A stretch of 64,000 nt of DNA from Escherichia coli (GCF_017348835.2 NZ_CP071375.1); one strand, 5' to 3'. Shown: positions 44,585 through 57,928, counted from the first letter of the stretch. Notes: a model not told the origin generated them from the sequence alone. Numbers and translations are program-made.

Positions 44585-47500
44585 ATGGCGAATTTCTTTA
44601 TTGATCGCCCCATTTTTGCCTGGGTGCTGGCAATCCTGTTGTGTCTGACAGGTACCCTGGCGATTTTTTCATTGCCCGTTGAACAATACCCCGATCTCGC
44701 GCCACCGAATGTGCGAGTGACCGCTAACTATCCCGGCGCATCGGCCCAGACGCTGGAAAACACCGTGACCCAGGTTATCGAGCAAAATATGACCGGCCTC
44801 GATAATCTCATGTATATGTCATCTCAGAGCAGTGGCACCGGTCAGGCATCTGTCACTTTAAGTTTTAAAGCAGGCACCGATCCGGACGAAGCCGTGCAGC
44901 AAGTACAAAACCAGCTGCAATCAGCCATGCGAAAGTTACCGCAGGCGGTGCAAAATCAGGGCGTGACGGTGCGTAAAACCGGCGATACCAATATTCTGAC
45001 CATTGCTTTCGTCTCTACCGATGGTTCGATGGATAAACAGGATATTGCTGATTATGTTGCCAGTAATATTCAGGATCCGTTAAGCCGCGTGAATGGCGTC
45101 GGGGATATCGATGCCTATGGTTCGCAATATTCCATGCGTATCTGGCTGGACCCGGCGAAACTCAACAGTTTCCAGATGACAGCTAAAGATGTCACTGATG
45201 CCATTGAGTCACAGAACGCGCAGATTGCGGTTGGGCAACTTGGGGGTACACCTTCCGTCGATAAGCAGGCGCTCAACGCCACCATTAACGCCCAGTCACT
45301 GCTGCAAACACCAGAACAGTTCCGCGATATCACCTTGCGGGTGAATCAGGACGGCTCAGAAGTAAGGCTGGGCGATGTCGCCACCGTCGAAATGGGGGCG
45401 GAGAAATACGATTATCTTAGCCGCTTCAATGGTAAGCCAGCCTCCGGGTTGGGGGTAAAACTGGCCTCCGGCGCAAACGAAATGGCGACAGCGGAGCTGG
45501 TGCTCAATCGTCTCAACGAGCTGGCGCAGTATTTCCCGCATGGACTGGAATACAAGGTGGCGTATGAAACCACCTCGTTTGTTAAAGCCTCCATTGAAGA
45601 CGTGGTGAAAACGCTGCTGGAAGCTATCGCTCTGGTTTTCCTCGTTATGTATCTGTTCCTGCAAAACTTCCGCGCCACGCTGATACCCACTATCGCCGTG
45701 CCGGTGGTGTTGATGGGAACCTTCTCCGTACTTTACGCCTTCGGTTACAGCGTCAACACCTTAACCATGTTCGCGATGGTGCTGGCGATCGGTCTGCTGG
45801 TGGATGACGCCATCGTGGTGGTGGAAAACGTCGAACGTATTATGAGTGAGGAAGGACTCACTCCTCGCGAAGCCACACGTAAATCGATGGGGCAGATCCA
45901 GGGGGCACTGGTCGGGATTGCGATGGTGCTTTCGGCGGTATTTGTACCAATGGCCTTCTTCGGCGGCACCACCGGTGCCATCTATCGCCAGTTCTCTATT
46001 ACCATTGTTGCGGCGATGGTGCTGTCAGTACTGGTAGCGATGATCCTCACTCCGGCTCTGTGTGCCACGCTACTTAAGCCACTGAAAAAAGGTGAGCATC
46101 ACGGGCAAAAAGGCTTTTTTGCCTGGTTTAACCAGATGTTTAACCGCAACGCCGAACGCTACGAAAAAGGGGTGGCGAAAATTCTCCACCGTAGCCTGCG
46201 CTGGATTGTGATTTATGTCCTGCTGCTTGGCGGCATGGTGTTCCTGTTCCTGCGTTTGCCGACGTCGTTCTTACCGCTGGAAGACCGGGGCATGTTTACT
46301 ACCTCGGTACAATTGCCCAGCGGTTCAACCCAACAACAGACCCTGAAAGTCGTTGAGCAAATCGAGAAATATTACTTCACCCATGAAAAAGACAACATCA
46401 TGTCGGTGTTTGCCACCGTTGGCTCTGGCCCTGGGGGCAACGGGCAAAACGTGGCGCGAATGTTTATCCGCCTGAAAGACTGGAGCGAACGCGACAGTAA
46501 GACCGGCACCTCATTTGCCATTATCGAGCGTGCAACGAAGGCGTTTAACAAGATTAAAGAAGCTCGCGTTATCGCCAGCAGCCCGCCAGCAATTAGCGGT
46601 CTTGGTAGTTCTGCGGGTTTTGATATGGAGTTGCAGGACCACGCTGGAGCAGGTCACGATGCGCTGATGGCAGCACGTAACCAGTTGCTGGCGCTGGCGG
46701 CGGAAAACCCGGAGCTAACCCGTGTGCGCCATAACGGCCTCGATGACAGTCCGCAGTTGCAGATTGATATCGACCAGCGTAAAGCTCAGGCGCTGGGCGT
46801 TGCTATCGACGATATTAACGACACACTGCAAACCGCCTGGGGTTCGAGCTATGTGAATGACTTTATGGATCGCGGTCGCGTGAAGAAAGTCTATGTGCAG
46901 GCAGCTGCGCCGTATCGCATGCTGCCAGATGACATCAATCTCTGGTATGTCCGAAATAAAGATGGCGGCATGGTGCCCTTCTCTGCTTTCGCGACCTCAC
47001 GCTGGGAGACAGGCTCGCCGCGTCTGGAACGCTATAACGGTTATTCTGCGGTTGAGATTGTTGGGGAAGCCGCACCGGGGGTCAGTACCGGTACGGCGAT
47101 GGATATTATGGAATCGTTAGTGAAGCAGTTGCCAAACGGCTTTGGTCTGGAGTGGACGGCGATGTCGTATCAGGAGCGGCTTTCCGGCGCGCAGGCTCCG
47201 GCGCTGTACGCTATTTCCTTGCTGGTGGTATTCCTGTGTCTGGCTGCATTGTATGAAAGCTGGTCGGTACCGTTCTCGGTAATGCTGGTCGTGCCGCTGG
47301 GGGTTATCGGCGCGCTGCTGGCAACCTGGATGCGGGGGCTGGAAAACGACGTTTACTTCCAGGTGGGCCTGTTAACGGTCATTGGTTTATCGGCGAAAAA
47401 CGCCATCCTGATCGTCGAGTTTGCTAACGAGATGAACCAAAAAGGCCACGACCTGTTTGAAGCGACGCTCCACGCCTGCCGTCAGCGTTTACGCCCGATT

Positions 47501-47698
47501 CTGATGACCTCGCTGGCATTTATCTTCGGCGTATTGCCAATGGCAACCAGCACGGGTGCCGGTTCCGGTGGTCAGCATGCGGTGGGTACTGGCGTAATGG
47601 GCGGGATGATTTCAGCTACTATTCTGGCTATTTACTTCGTGCCGCTGTTCTTTGTGCTGGTGCGCCGCCGCTTCCCGCTGAAGCCGCGCCCGGAATAA
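44585..47698 (+). CDS. acrD: RND aminoglycoside efflux pump
   Basis: 1037-aa ORF. Confidence 0.94.
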   Translation: MANFFIDRPIFAWVLAILLCLTGTLAIFSLPVEQYPDLAPPNVRVTANYPGASAQTLENTVTQVIEQNMTGLDNLMYMSSQSSGTGQASVTLSFKAGTDPDEAVQQVQNQLQSAMRKLPQAVQNQGVTVRKTGDTNILTIAFVSTDGSMDKQDIADYVASNIQDPLSRVNGVGDIDAYGSQYSMRIWLDPAKLNSFQMTAKDVTDAIESQNAQIAVGQLGGTPSVDKQALNATINAQSLLQTPEQFRDITLRVNQDGSEVRLGDVATVEMGAEKYDYLSRFNGKPASGLGVKLASGANEMATAELVLNRLNELAQYFPHGLEYKVAYETTSFVKASIEDVVKTLLEAIALVFLVMYLFLQNFRATLIPTIAVPVVLMGTFSVLYAFGYSVNTLTMFAMVLAIGLLVDDAIVVVENVERIMSEEGLTPREATRKSMGQIQGALVGIAMVLSAVFVPMAFFGGTTGAIYRQFSITIVAAMVLSVLVAMILTPALCATLLKPLKKGEHHGQKGFFAWFNQMFNRNAERYEKGVAKILHRSLRWIVIYVLLLGGMVFLFLRLPTSFLPLEDRGMFTTSVQLPSGSTQQQTLKVVEQIEKYYFTHEKDNIMSVFATVGSGPGGNGQNVARMFIRLKDWSERDSKTGTSFAIIERATKAFNKIKEARVIASSPPAISGLGSSAGFDMELQDHAGAGHDALMAARNQLLALAAENPELTRVRHNGLDDSPQLQIDIDQRKAQALGVAIDDINDTLQTAWGSSYVNDFMDRGRVKKVYVQAAAPYRMLPDDINLWYVRNKDGGMVPFSAFATSRWETGSPRLERYNGYSAVEIVGEAAPGVSTGTAMDIMESLVKQLPNGFGLEWTAMSYQERLSGAQAPALYAISLLVVFLCLAALYESWSVPFSVMLVVPLGVIGALLATWMRGLENDVYFQVGLLTVIGLSAKNAILIVEFANEMNQKGHDLFEATLHACRQRLRPILMTSLAFIFGVLPMATSTGAGSGGQHAVGTGVMGGMISATILAIYFVPLFFVLVRRRFPLKPRPE

Positions 47699-47702
47699 GC
47701 AA

Positions 47703-47737
47703 TAAAAAAGGCGACATGCCAATGTGTCGCCTTTTTC
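47703..47737. terminator. Intrinsic terminator after acrD (also downstream of ypfM on the other strand)
   Basis: aaaaaa-ggcgacatgccaatgtgtcgcc-ttttt. Confidence 0.65.
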
Positions 47738-47796
47738 AACTTTCCGATTAAGAACTTGCTCAGCAGGTTCTTGCTGTTTGTACTTTGTCTCAGGAA

Positions 47797-47856
47797 TTAC
47801 TTACGAAGCATAACTTCAATAAAGTCTTTCCAGTTCCCCAGTTCACGTTCAATCAT
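47797..47856 (-). CDS. ypfM: Small protein YpfM (19 aa)
   Basis: Reverse-strand micro-ORF MIERELGNWKDFIEVMLRK with GAGAGG RBS; not in the 60-aa ORF track. Confidence 0.6.
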   Translation of the reverse strand: MIERELGNWKDFIEVMLRK

Positions 47857-48218
47857 AACAACCTCTCTTATAATTATGGGTATTCTACGGAAACAATATA
47901 CCGTGGTGAAGCTAATTTACTCGATTGCTGCGATGACTACCTCCGGGGGACAAACCTTATGTAAATACTATGGTCCTGCGGTGATGATTTGTATGTGATA
48001 CACAGCAACATTTCGAGATATTCATACGGCATCTAATACTGATTTAATTCTGGTTAAAATACAGACAGATAACAAGATGAATATTCTTAATGTTTACGTT
48101 AAAAATGTTTAATATTATTTAATAGTTGTTAATTTGAATACTTCGATAATGTTATATTTCCTGATAATCATTTGCAGGCAAAATGTTTTCACCCTTAAAT
48201 GAGTATTTATTCTCATAA

Positions 48219-48593
<375 letters not shown>

Positions 48594-48596
48594 TCT

Positions 48597-49724
48597 ATGT
48601 CGTGCCCGGTTATTGAGCTGACACAACAGCTTATTCGCCGCCCTTCCCTGAGTCCTGATGACGCAGGATGCCAGGCTTTGTTGATTGAACGTTTGCAGGC
48701 GATCGGTTTTACCGTTGAACGCATGGACTTTGCCGATACGCAGAATTTTTGGGCATGGCGTGGGCAAGGTGAAACATTGGCCTTTGCCGGGCATACCGAC
48801 GTGGTGCCGCCTGGCGACGCCGATCGTTGGATCAATCCGCCGTTTGAACCAACCATTCGTGACGGCATGTTATTCGGGCGCGGTGCGGCAGATATGAAAG
48901 GCTCGCTGGCGGCGATGGTGGTAGCTGCAGAACGTTTTGTCGCACAACATCCCAACCATACGGGGCGACTGGCATTTCTGATCACCTCTGATGAAGAAGC
49001 CAGTGCACACAATGGTACGGTAAAAGTCGTCGAAGCGTTAATGGCACGTAATGAGCGTCTCGATTACTGCCTGGTCGGCGAACCGTCGAGTATCGAAGTG
49101 GTAGGTGATGTAGTGAAAAATGGTCGTCGCGGATCGTTAACCTGCAACCTAACCATTCATGGCGTTCAGGGGCATGTTGCCTACCCACATCTGGCTGACA
49201 ATCCGGTACATCGCGCAGCACCTTTCCTTAATGAATTAGTGGCTATTGAGTGGGATCAGGGCAATGAATTCTTCCCGGCGACCAGTATGCAGATTGCCAA
49301 TATTCAGGCGGGAACAGGCAGTAACAACGTTATTCCGGGTGAACTGTTTGTGCAGTTTAACTTCCGCTTCAGCACCGAACTGACTGATGAGATGATCAAA
49401 GCGCAGGTGCTTGCCCTGCTTGAAAAACATCAACTGCGCTATACGGTGGATTGGTGGCTTTCCGGGCAGCCATTTTTGACCGCGCGCGGTAAACTGGTGG
49501 ATGCGGTCGTTAACGCGGTTGAGCACTATAATGAAATTAAACCGCAGCTACTGACCACAGGCGGAACGTCCGACGGGCGCTTTATTGCCCGCATGGGGGC
49601 GCAGGTGGTGGAACTCGGGCCGGTCAATGCCACTATTCATAAAATTAATGAATGTGTGAACGCTGCCGACCTGCAGCTACTTGCCCGTATGTATCAACGT
49701 ATCATGGAACAGCTCGTCGCGTGA
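48597..49724 (+). CDS. dapE: Succinyl-diaminopimelate desuccinylase
   Basis: 375-aa M20 peptidase-family ORF. Confidence 0.94.
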
Positions 49725-49751
49725 TGAGTGGTTCTGCAAGAGGAAATAAGC

Positions 49752-49952
49752 ATGGACTGGCTGGCTAAATATTGGTGGATTCTGGTGATTGTCTTTTTGG
49801 TAGGCGTCCTGCTGAACGTGATTAAAGATCTCAAGCGCGTCGACCATAAGAAATTTCTCGCCAACAAGCCGGAGCTTCCCCCGCATCGTGATTTCAACGA
49901 TAAGTGGGACGATGACGACGACTGGCCGAAAAAGGATCAACCGAAGAAGTAA
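49752..49952 (+). CDS. ypfN: Small membrane protein YpfN
   Basis: ORF trimmed to ATG 49752 ([14 protein letters not shown]...); 66 aa. Confidence 0.8.
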
Positions 49953-49960
49953 GCTAAGTG

Positions 49961-50040
49961 GCCGGATAAGGCGTTAACGCCGCATCCGGCAATGGTGAAC
50001 GATGCCTGATACGACGCATCACGCGTCTTATCAGGCCTGG
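49961..50040. repeat. REP element
   Basis: gccggataaggcgttaacgccgcatccggca and partner. Confidence 0.5.
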
Positions 50041-50051
50041 TAATCTGTCTT

Positions 50052-50750
50052 TTACATCATTTCAATCACATCATCATCGCCAGGCTTACCGCCACTTAGC
50101 GCTTCGTCGAAATAATGTTTCGGAATGGTATAACGCAAGTGATCCAGGGCAAATTGCATACTGCGATTGTCGATCGCATGGCCTAAATCCTCCACGATAT
50201 CCAGCGTCACGTCACCACCGGCACTGATTAACGCTTCCTGCGCCGCAACCGCATGCGCCAGATCGATAACCGGATCTTCACCGCCATGAATCAGGTGAAT
50301 TGTCGTTGCTGTAGACGCGGTTTCCGGCAGGCTCGCATAGCGTCCGTTAAAGGCAATGACGCGCGAAGCAAGGCCCGGTTCGGCTTTAATGCTCTCCAGC
50401 GCCATAATCGCGCCTTGTGAGAAACCAATTAGCGCCGTGGCGTTAGCCCCTACTCCGCTCTGTTTCTGCCAGTAGCGCACCGTCTCAATAAACGTCGGCA
50501 TGATGGCATCCACACGCGCCTGGCGATTATCTTCCGTAATACCCTGCACCGAAAACCACTGACGCCCCGCCGGATTACCGCTCGGCTCCGCGCCTCCGAC
50601 ACTCACCACCAGCGCATCCGGGAACAACGGTGCAAACCAACTGCCAATCTCCCCCATCGCTACTGGGTTATCACCGACGCCGTGAAAAAGCAGCAATAAC
50701 TGTTGCGCAGGTTTATCCGGGCTTTGAACAACAAAATGGTCATGTTTCAT
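50052..50750 (-). CDS. ypfH: Alpha/beta-hydrolase esterase YpfH
   Basis: ORF trimmed to ATG 50748-50750 (MKHDHFVVQS...); GFSQG nucleophile elbow. Confidence 0.88.
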   Translation of the reverse strand: MKHDHFVVQSPDKPAQQLLLLFHGVGDNPVAMGEIGSWFAPLFPDALVVSVGGAEPSGNPAGRQWFSVQGITEDNRQARVDAIMPTFIETVRYWQKQSGVGANATALIGFSQGAIMALESIKAEPGLASRVIAFNGRYASLPETASTATTIHLIHGGEDPVIDLAHAVAAQEALISAGGDVTLDIVEDLGHAIDNRSMQFALDHLRYTIPKHYFDEALSGGKPGDDDVIEMM

Positions 50751-50823
50751 GGCGAACTCCTTAACTGATGTCATTAATTTTACGCCGCTGACTCACAATG
50801 ACCATGGGAGAAAATTGAAGGAG

Positions 50824-52839
50824 TCAGTGAAAAAATTGCCATTGCGTTATGCGATCGCGCAGACGCTCAGTGCGAACCTCATTAAGTGCGAACAGCGCCT
50901 GTGCGGCCTCTTCCCGCTGACGGACCAGTAACATCTTGCGGCCTGAAAGTTTAAGTGTGGTACATAACTGCGCATCACTGGCGTTTTTCTGTAAACGCCC
51001 ACGCAGCGCCGGTAATGCCAGTTCACTGGTTTGTAGCAGACGCAATAAGCAACCTAACGACGTTAATAGCGGACGATGAGCGAAAGCAAAACCGGCCAGT
51101 TCAAGCCAGTCGTCGTCAGAAAGCACGATATCGTTTAGTGGATCAACAGGAAGCATTTCGCCATTCCACTGCGCGAGAGCTTGCGCATCGCGACGTAAAC
51201 GGTAATGCTCACGTTCAGCCAGCTGTTTACCCGCATCACTCATCGGTAACAGCGCCATCGCCGTATAGCAACCGCTGCTGGCTTCACGATGATTACCCAT
51301 TCGCACCAGCACAAAACCGCAGCGTTGCCAGAAACGCCATAACTCCCCGGTGTAACCAAAACTCACCGAAAGATAGTCGAGGCCAGGCCTATATTGCAAA
51401 GCGCTGGCAATGAGCTGTTGCCCAACGCCTTCGCGCTGACGCGCCGGATGGACTGCAATCCGGCTGACCCGCCGTCCACGCAATGTCGCCGCCAGTGGAT
51501 TGCTGCCGTGCGCCGCCAGCGACTGGGCCACCAGATTACCCCGCGGGCGACGAAAACCTGCCCATACCGCCTGACTGAGTTCTTGAGATAATCCACCCTC
51601 ATCCACCAGCCACAGCGCTCCGGCAATCTCGTTTTCGCCAGCCGCCTGTAAAAAATGTTGCCCTGGTGCATCCATCATCCGGCGTAAATCCAGCGGCGAA
51701 GTCCGGTAGTGCGCACCAGACAATAACTGATAAACCTTTAACGGCGTTTCTGGCTCGATTCGCCATAACGTCTGTTCAAATGCGGAAATGACAATATTGC
51801 CTTGTGGTGTATGGGTGAAGTTTTCATCGTCAAAAACCAGTGCATTACTAACCATTTTTTCCAGCGGGCATCCCTGTGCCCAGCGGATCGGCTGTTGTAG
51901 TTCAAAACGGTGTAAATGCGGAAAGCGAGCGCAAAATTTCAGCAAAAAACCACGTCCGGTGCCTTCGTAGCCCTGCACCGTAGTGGTTAACAACGTTCGA
52001 GGAAAACGCGATACCAGTTGATGCAACAACGGCGCAGGTATGGCTGCGGCTTCGTCGACCACCAGCCAGTCGGCTTGCTCATCGCTGGCTAACAAGGCAT
52101 CCGGCGCAATAAAGCGAAACTTCTCGCCCGCAAATTGTGCCAGTACATCCGTTGCCGCTTTTGCGGGCGCAGTGACAATCGCACTACCCGCAATACGAGA
52201 AATGAGTTGCCCTGCCAGCGCCGATTTACCGCGCCCACGCGCAGCAGTTACCGCTGCCACGCCCGACGGCATGGTCAGTAGCTGCTGTAAGAGTTGCTGT
52301 TGTTCTGGTTGTGGTGCGCCGGTCGCGGGGTGCCAGTCAGTACGGGGAGTAAAATGCGCCAACGAGAACGGCTGGTTTTGCCGCCAGAGGATAGCGTCGT
52401 TATCCGCCGTAAGTACGCGTTTGAAATGCTGGACAAAATGCGGCGTCGCAATAGGGTCAGGGCAATCACTCCAGCGCAGCGAGTCGGCATCAGGTTGGTT
52501 TTCCCACTCTTCCCATACAGGGAGTAACAAAACCAGCCAGCTTCCCGCTTTCAACGTTCCGCTAAGTGCGGCAAAGGCAGCGGCATCAAAGCCGTGGCGG
52601 GCGTCGAATACCGCATGCCGGAACTCGCGCCCAAGTAAAGTTTGTAGTGCCGAGGGAGAACAGTGGTTTTCAGCGACTGGCTGCGGCGAAATCCACAGCC
52701 AGTCGCCAGGTAAGGCATCACGCAACTTAAGCGCATGATCAAAACACCAACCCTCTTCCCCGCTCAACACCAGCAAGCGGCGGATCCCTTCACGTTTCAT
52801 TTGCGCTGTTAATGTGTGAAGCGCAGTCAGTTCAGCCAT
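50824..52839 (-). CDS. tmcA: tRNA(Met) cytidine acetyltransferase
   Basis: 671-aa ORF with helicase-like P-loop and GNAT domain. Confidence 0.9.
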   Translation of the reverse strand: MAELTALHTLTAQMKREGIRRLLVLSGEEGWCFDHALKLRDALPGDWLWISPQPVAENHCSPSALQTLLGREFRHAVFDARHGFDAAAFAALSGTLKAGSWLVLLLPVWEEWENQPDADSLRWSDCPDPIATPHFVQHFKRVLTADNDAILWRQNQPFSLAHFTPRTDWHPATGAPQPEQQQLLQQLLTMPSGVAAVTAARGRGKSALAGQLISRIAGSAIVTAPAKAATDVLAQFAGEKFRFIAPDALLASDEQADWLVVDEAAAIPAPLLHQLVSRFPRTLLTTTVQGYEGTGRGFLLKFCARFPHLHRFELQQPIRWAQGCPLEKMVSNALVFDDENFTHTPQGNIVISAFEQTLWRIEPETPLKVYQLLSGAHYRTSPLDLRRMMDAPGQHFLQAAGENEIAGALWLVDEGGLSQELSQAVWAGFRRPRGNLVAQSLAAHGSNPLAATLRGRRVSRIAVHPARQREGVGQQLIASALQYRPGLDYLSVSFGYTGELWRFWQRCGFVLVRMGNHREASSGCYTAMALLPMSDAGKQLAEREHYRLRRDAQALAQWNGEMLPVDPLNDIVLSDDDWLELAGFAFAHRPLLTSLGCLLRLLQTSELALPALRGRLQKNASDAQLCTTLKLSGRKMLLVRQREEAAQALFALNEVRTERLRDRITQWQFFH

Positions 52840-52853
52840 CCCTGCCCCGGAAG

Positions 52854-53717
52854 TTAAATGCTTTTACCAAAAGTATTGCATTGTGCCGGATCGCCGCTGT
52901 CGAAACCACGTTTAAACCAGCTGTAGCGTTGCTGAGAAGTGCCATGAGTGAAACTGTCTGGTACTACTCGCCCCTGACTTTGTTGTTGTAAACGGTCATC
53001 GCCGATGGCCTGCGCCGCGTTCAGCGCCTCTTCCAGATCGCCGGTTTCCAGAACGCCTTGCTGCTGCATACTATGCCCCCAGACACCGGCAAAACAGTCG
53101 GCCTGGAGTTCCATACGCACAGATAAGCGGTTCACTTCCGCCTGCGTCGCGTTTTGTTGCAGTTGACGAACTTTCGGCTCGATGCCTAACAGTTTCTGCA
53201 CATGATGACCGACTTCATGGGCGATAACGTACCCCTGGGCAAAATCGCCATCCGCGCCAAGTTTGTCTTTCATGTCATCATAGAAGGAGAGATCGATATA
53301 AACCGTGCCATCCGCCGGGCAATAGAACGGCCCCATTATGGACTGGCCCGCCCCGCATCCGGTACGCGTCATTCCACGGTACATGACCAGCTTCGGTTGC
53401 TGATAGGTCTTACCCATCTTCTCGAATTGTTGTCCCCAGGTGTCTTCCGTGGTTGCCAGAATCACCGAGGTGAATTTTGCGGCTTCGTCTTCATTTGGGC
53501 TAATTGACCGCGTTGATTGCTGTTGAGAAACCGGCTGCCCGGTCATCAACCCGGTTAAATCAACGCCATAGTAGCCTGCAACCAGCACGACTATCAGTAA
53601 AATCAGCCCGCCTTTACCGCTCGGCAGACGGAAACCGGGACCGCCCATTGACGGACCGCCGGAGCTATTGCGCCTGTCTTCAACATTGTCACTTTCACGT
53701 CGCCCTTGCCAACGCAT
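52854..53717 (-). CDS. ypfJ: Putative zinc metalloprotease YpfJ
   Basis: 287-aa ORF with HEVGHH motif. Confidence 0.88.
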
Positions 53718-53884
53718 AGATACCTCAACAATATATTCATTATAGAAATGATCGTAGGTGGTTCAGAGGAAGATTACCACAGGAAAGCGGGATGAAATGG
53801 CGGAGGAATGAGCGTTCAATGCACATCTTACGAGAATGGTTGTCTTGCCGTGTCAGCAGCACGGCAAGATGATGAACAGAAAAA

Positions 53885-54598
53885 TCAGTCCAGCTGTACA
53901 CCCAGGCGGCGGGCGACGGCTTCATAGGCTTCGATCAGGCCACCGAGGCTCTGGCGGAAACGGTCTTTGTCCATTTTCTCCAGCGTTTCTTTGTCCCACA
54001 GGCGGCTACCGTCCGGGGAGAACTCATCACCCAGTACCACTTCGCCTTTGTACAGACCAAATTCCAGCTTGAAGTCGACCAGAATCAGACCAGCATCATC
54101 GAACAGTTTTTTCAGCACGTCGTTCGCTTTGTAGGTCAGCTCTTTCATACGCGCCAGATTCTCTTTGCTTACCCAGCCAAAGGTTTCGCAGTAAGATTCG
54201 TTGACCATCGGATCGTGCATGGCGTCGTTTTTCAGGAACAGATCGAACAGCGGCGGGTTCAGCTCAATACCTTCTTCGATTCCAAGACGTTTCACCAGAG
54301 AGCCCGCAGCACGGTTACGCACGACACACTCAACCGGCACCATATCCAGCTTTTTCACCAGACATTCGGTATCGGAGAGCAGACGCTCCATTTGAGTCGG
54401 GATACCCGCTTCAGCCAGTTTGCTCATAATGAAGTAGTTGAACTTGTTGTTCACCATACCTTTGCGATCAAACTGCTCAATGCGCGCGCCATCCCCTGCT
54501 GACGTATCATTGCGGAATTCGAGCACCAACAGGTCCGGGTTTTCCGTGCTGTATACGGTTTTCGCTTTACCACGATACAACTCAGCTTGCTTTTGCAT
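53885..54598 (-). CDS. purC: SAICAR synthetase
   Basis: ORF trimmed to ATG 54596-54598 ([17 protein letters not shown]...); 237 aa. Confidence 0.93.
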
Positions 54599-54652
54599 CT
54601 TTATCACTCCTGGGTGTGAATTAACGTTTTAAAATCTTTTGCTGTCTGGTGT

Positions 54653-54717
<65 letters not shown>

Positions 54718-54810
54718 TGCGAATTACCGCTAAAATCGCGTTTTCCTGCCGACGCACACGTTTGCGTATCATATCAGAAAAAAGGGCCGGATGACTCCAG
54801 CCCTGTATTT

Positions 54811-55845
54811 TTACTTGCTAAACGCAGCCTGGAAGACAGCTACCAGCGCGTCGTTCTGACTCTGAGTCAGAGTATGACCTTTCGGATCGATGAACTGTAG
54901 GCTGCTGCGGTTATCTAAATCGCCAACCTGCAGTTTATAGTCACCGGATGCCAGACCTGGATCGCTCGCGCCCAGTTCCTGCCAGTCGCTGTCAGACAGC
55001 GGCTTATAAGTTACGGCCATGTTGCCCTGCGAACGGGTGCTGTCGGTCACTTTCATGCCCACTTTTTCCAGCGCCGCTGGCAGACGTTGCCAAACCACAT
55101 TGAACGGCCCGCGTACGACCAGCATTGGTAAACCGGTGTCATCAGCTGCACTTTGTACGTCCATAGTGGTGGAGGCACGATTTTGCGCAGCGTTCGCGGC
55201 GTCAGTGGCAGATTTATCCAGACCGGCGGAAATAACGTTCATCATCTCCGTGCTGTAACGCTGCATGGAAGCCGCGTCTGCAACCGGTTTGCCCGCCTGT
55301 TCCAGGTTCAGCAGTTTAACCGTAACCGCCTGCTGATAACCCTGCGGCTTAACAGAGATTTGATAACGACCACGATACTGCTCGTCTTCGTCCAGACGGT
55401 TCCATTGTACCCAATCGGTGGTCAGTGTCTGACCAGCATCATCACGTTGGGTGATGGTGTAGTTTTTCGCCTGCAGCACGCTAACCACCTGCGGCCACAG
55501 AGTATTGCCACGGCCATTTTCCACCAGCAATGAAGCGGTATCGCCCGTGAACTGGGTACGCGCGCCAGAAACCAGTGCCAGCGGCTGGGCTGGTGGACGA
55601 ATGTCCAGCGCCTTACCGACAGCACCACTACCGTTGGTCACCGGGATTGCATAATCACCGGAGGTCACCGGCAAAATCATTCCAGCCGGGGCATGAAGCT
55701 CCGCAAGCGGTGCCGCTTCCAGGTAGGCTTCATCACCACTGACCTGACGCTTATAGCGTGAGTCAGAACTACAGGCAGCGAGTAATAAAACAAGCGAAAC
55801 ACCCGCAACCTTTGCCAGGCGCGACTTTTGAACAGAGTAAGCCAT
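54811..55845 (-). CDS. bamC: Outer membrane protein assembly lipoprotein BamC
   Basis: 344-aa ORF with lipobox LLAACSS. Confidence 0.92.
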
Positions 55846-55861
55846 CAAATCTCCCTAAACT

Positions 55862-56740
55862 TTACAGCAAACCGGCATGCTTAAGCGCCGCTCTGACCGT
55901 CTCACGACCACTGTCGGTGATTGGTGTCATTGGCAGGCGCAGCGTATCGGTCGCCACAAGACCCAGTTCCTTACATGCCCATTTCACCGGGATTGGATTG
56001 GGTTCGACAAATAGTTTGTTGTGTAATGGCATCAGACGCTGATTAATAACGCGTGCCTCGGCAAAATGCCCTTCTGCTGCCAGTTTGCACATCTGGGCCA
56101 TATCACGCGCTGCGACGTTAGCCGTAACGGAAATAACCCCATGACCGCCTAATTGCATGAAGTCCAGCGCGCTCGCATCATCGCCGCTCAGCAGAACAAA
56201 ATCATCTGAAACCAGCTCTTTGATCTGGTTTACACGCGTTAAGTTCCCTGTTGCCTCTTTGATTCCGATAATATTTTTTACTTTCGCCAGACGGCCCACC
56301 GTTTCCGGGAGCAGATCGCAGCCAGTACGGGACGGCACATTATACAGAATTTGCGGCAGGTCAGTATGCTCAGCGATGGCTTTGAAATGCTGATACAAAC
56401 CTTCTTGCGACGGACGATTGTAGTAAGGGGTTACCGTCAGGCAGCCGACGATACCACTGTCATTGAAGCGCTGCGTCAGGCTAATGGCTTCCGCAGTAGC
56501 GTTAGCACCAGTCCCGGCAATCACCGGAATGCGCCCGTCAGCCAGCTCCAGCGTCATCATCACCACATCAGCATGTTCGTCATGATTTAAGGTAGCGGAC
56601 TCGCCAGTGGTGCCAACAGAAACGATCGCCGAAGTACCGCTGGCGACATGATAATCAATCAGTTTTTTCAAGCTAGCCCGACAGACATTACCTTTTTCAT
56701 CCATCGGAGTAACAATCGCGACAATACTTCCCGTGAACAT
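55862..56740 (-). CDS. dapA: 4-hydroxy-tetrahydrodipicolinate synthase
   Basis: ORF trimmed to ATG 56738-56740 ([13 protein letters not shown]...); 292 aa. Confidence 0.93.
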   Translation of the reverse strand: MFTGSIVAIVTPMDEKGNVCRASLKKLIDYHVASGTSAIVSVGTTGESATLNHDEHADVVMMTLELADGRIPVIAGTGANATAEAISLTQRFNDSGIVGCLTVTPYYNRPSQEGLYQHFKAIAEHTDLPQILYNVPSRTGCDLLPETVGRLAKVKNIIGIKEATGNLTRVNQIKELVSDDFVLLSGDDASALDFMQLGGHGVISVTANVAARDMAQMCKLAAEGHFAEARVINQRLMPLHNKLFVEPNPIPVKWACKELGLVATDTLRLPMTPITDSGRETVRAALKHAGLL

Positions 56741-56885
56741 GGGCCATCCTCTGTGCAAACAAGTGTCTCAATGGTACGTTTGGTATGGCATTAAAAGCAA
56801 GCAGACAGAACCGTTCTGATTGTTGTATGCATGTTTTTTTTATGCTTTCCTTAAGAACAACTCACCCCTTAAAGGAATAACCAGT

Positions 56886-57458
56886 TTGACACTGTCATCG
56901 CAACATTATCTGGTGATCACTGCGTTGGGTGCCGATCGCCCTGGAATTGTGAACACCATCACCCGTCATGTCAGTAGTTGCGGCTGTAATATTGAAGACA
57001 GTCGCCTGGCGATGCTGGGAGAAGAGTTCACGTTTATCATGCTGCTTTCCGGTTCATGGAATGCCATCACTCTGATTGAATCAACGTTACCGTTGAAAGG
57101 TGCCGAACTGGATCTTTTAATCGTGATGAAGCGCACGACGGCGCGTCCGCGTCCGCCAATGCCAGCATCTGTCTGGGTTCAGGTCGATGTGGCAGACTCC
57201 CCGCATTTAATTGAACGCTTCACAGCACTTTTCGACGCGCATCATATGAACATTGCGGAGCTGGTGTCGCGCACGCAACCTGCTGAAAATGAACGGGCTG
57301 CGCAGTTGCATATTCAGATAACCGCCCACAGCCCCGCATCTGCGGACGCAGCAAATATTGAGCAAGCGTTCAAAGCCCTATGTACAGAACTCAATGCACA
57401 AGGCAGTATTAACGTCGTCAATTATTCCCAACATGATGAACAGGATGGAGTTAAGTAA
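56886..57458 (+). CDS. gcvR: Glycine cleavage system transcriptional repressor
   Basis: In-frame TTG start at 56886 gives the 190-aa MTLSSQHYLVITALGADRPGIV... protein. Confidence 0.8.
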   Translation: MTLSSQHYLVITALGADRPGIVNTITRHVSSCGCNIEDSRLAMLGEEFTFIMLLSGSWNAITLIESTLPLKGAELDLLIVMKRTTARPRPPMPASVWVQVDVADSPHLIERFTALFDAHHMNIAELVSRTQPAENERAAQLHIQITAHSPASADAANIEQAFKALCTELNAQGSINVVNYSQHDEQDGVK

Positions 57459-57928
57459 TGAATCCACTGAAAGCCGGTGATATCGCACCGAAATTTAGCT
57501 TGCCGGATCAAGACGGAGAACAAGTTAATTTGACCGACTTCCAGGGACAGCGTGTTCTGGTTTATTTCTACCCGAAAGCCATGACCCCCGGCTGTACCGT
57601 ACAGGCCTGCGGCTTACGCGATAACATGGATGAGTTGAAAAAAGCGGGCGTTGATGTGCTGGGTATCAGCACCGATAAACCCGAAAAACTCTCCCGTTTT
57701 GCGGAAAAAGAGCTGCTTAACTTCACGCTCCTGTCTGATGAGGACCACCAGGTGTGCGAGCAATTCGGCGTCTGGGGGGAAAAGTCCTTCATGGGCAAAA
57801 CCTACGATGGTATTCATCGCATCAGCTTCCTGATTGACGCTGATGGCAAAATCGAACATGTCTTTGACGATTTCAAAACCAGCAATCACCACGACGTTGT
57901 GCTGAACTGGCTGAAAGAACACGCCTGA
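57458..57928 (+). CDS. bcp: Thiol peroxidase / peroxiredoxin Bcp
   Basis: 156-aa ORF; ATG overlaps the gcvR stop by 1 nt. Confidence 0.93.
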   Translation: MNPLKAGDIAPKFSLPDQDGEQVNLTDFQGQRVLVYFYPKAMTPGCTVQACGLRDNMDELKKAGVDVLGISTDKPEKLSRFAEKELLNFTLLSDEDHQVCEQFGVWGEKSFMGKTYDGIHRISFLIDADGKIEHVFDDFKTSNHHDVVLNWLKEHA

